From positions 78,120,001 through 78,184,000 of the forward strand of contig NC_082716.1 of NCBI RefSeq assembly GCF_030144855.1: a stretch of DNA of 64,000 nt. Direction: 5' to 3'. The translations under genes and the position numbers were made by a program. Position 1 is the stretch's first letter; each line of letters opens with the position of its first letter. Below, piece by piece: positions 63,540-64,000 of the stretch. A model generated the notes under the pieces. The model did no database searches and was not told the DNA's origin. It saw only the letters and a list, made by a program, of their open reading frames with translations. The DNA comes from Hypanus sabinus. Its lineage: Eukaryota.

Positions 63540-64000
63540 GAATATGGGGAGGAAACAGAGGGAACAATGGGGAAGGAAGAGGAATTGGGTGGTGGGGAAG
63601 GGGAATGTTAGAGATAACGAGAAATAGGGAATGAGTGGGATAGGTAGCCTGGGGAAAGTAGAATGGTGAATGGGTACTGGGAAAAAGGGAATGAGAGATG
63701 AGATGAGTAGAGGGGGAATTGGGAATTAAGCACTGGGAGGGTAAGTTGTGATATGAATACTAAGGAAGGAATAAGGAATGCAGAGAGGATTGATGTGAAT
63801 GGGGAGGGATAAAAGGGGATTGAGGAAATAGTGGGAATAAGCCAATGGGATGATGGGGCGGGGTGATTGGAAGTGATTGGGCTGATAGGAAATTGGAAAG
63901 TGGTGAGGTGATTGGGATGATGAGAATAGAAAGCAAAATGATGAGATGGGAGAAGAATAAGCAGGTAATGAAGAGGGAAACTGGTCTATGATGAGAGAGG
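63540..64000 (+). repeat. Purine-rich (GGGAAT/GAGATG-type) low-complexity tract
   Basis: Strong G/A skew with very few C, starting right after a plus-strand donor-like site. Confidence 0.8.

Noticed and set aside
63102-63634. Overlapping 60-130 aa ORFs at the CpG island
   Set aside because: Expected from stop-codon scarcity in GC-rich promoter DNA; no recognisable protein.
1-64000. Prokaryote-type systems (CRISPR array, operon, retron) suggested by RT and nuclease fragments
   Set aside because: The DNA is spliceosomal-intron-containing vertebrate sequence. All RT and nuclease pieces belong to decayed eukaryotic TEs, and there is no regularly spaced repeat array.

Overview
Vertebrate genomic DNA, most likely from a cartilaginous fish such as a ray (inferred from HE1-type V-SINEs and abundant CR1, Rex/Babar and Penelope-derived repeats). 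The window holds the 5' half of one host gene, vamp4 (vesicle-associated membrane protein 4), on the minus strand. It has a CpG-island promoter and non-coding exon 1 near 63.3 kb and coding exons at 45865-45930, 24776-24822 and 18648-18698. These splice in frame to MPPKFKRHLDDDDVTGSIRSERRNLLEDDSDEEEDFFLRGPTGPKFGPKNDKIK(Q/H). I could not find the SNARE and transmembrane exons; they probably lie left of the window. The introns (about 17, 21, 6 and >18 kb) are filled with decayed and nested mobile elements: two near-full-length CR1 LINEs, RTE, Rex/Babar and HERO/R2-like LINE fragments, solo LTRs, Buster-type hAT, pogo/Tigger and Tc1 DNA transposons, SINEs and Penelope-derived repeats. Nearly all ORFs in the supplied track are TE remnants or chance. 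I see no intact new multi-gene system. The best leads are: (1) a composite hAT family carrying a captured solo LTR just upstream of its transposase start, present in two independent insertions; (2) an AG|GTAAG dual splice site that this hAT places in vamp4 introns ahead of an open 294-codon BED-finger frame; (3) minimal hammerhead-ribozyme motifs in the Penelope-derived repeats; (4) a probable bidirectional promoter with BANP-type and RFX motifs; (5) a short, structured, poly(A)-tailed retro-insertion with a perfect 19-bp TSD. All calls were made by eye without alignment tools, so boundaries of decayed repeats are approximate.
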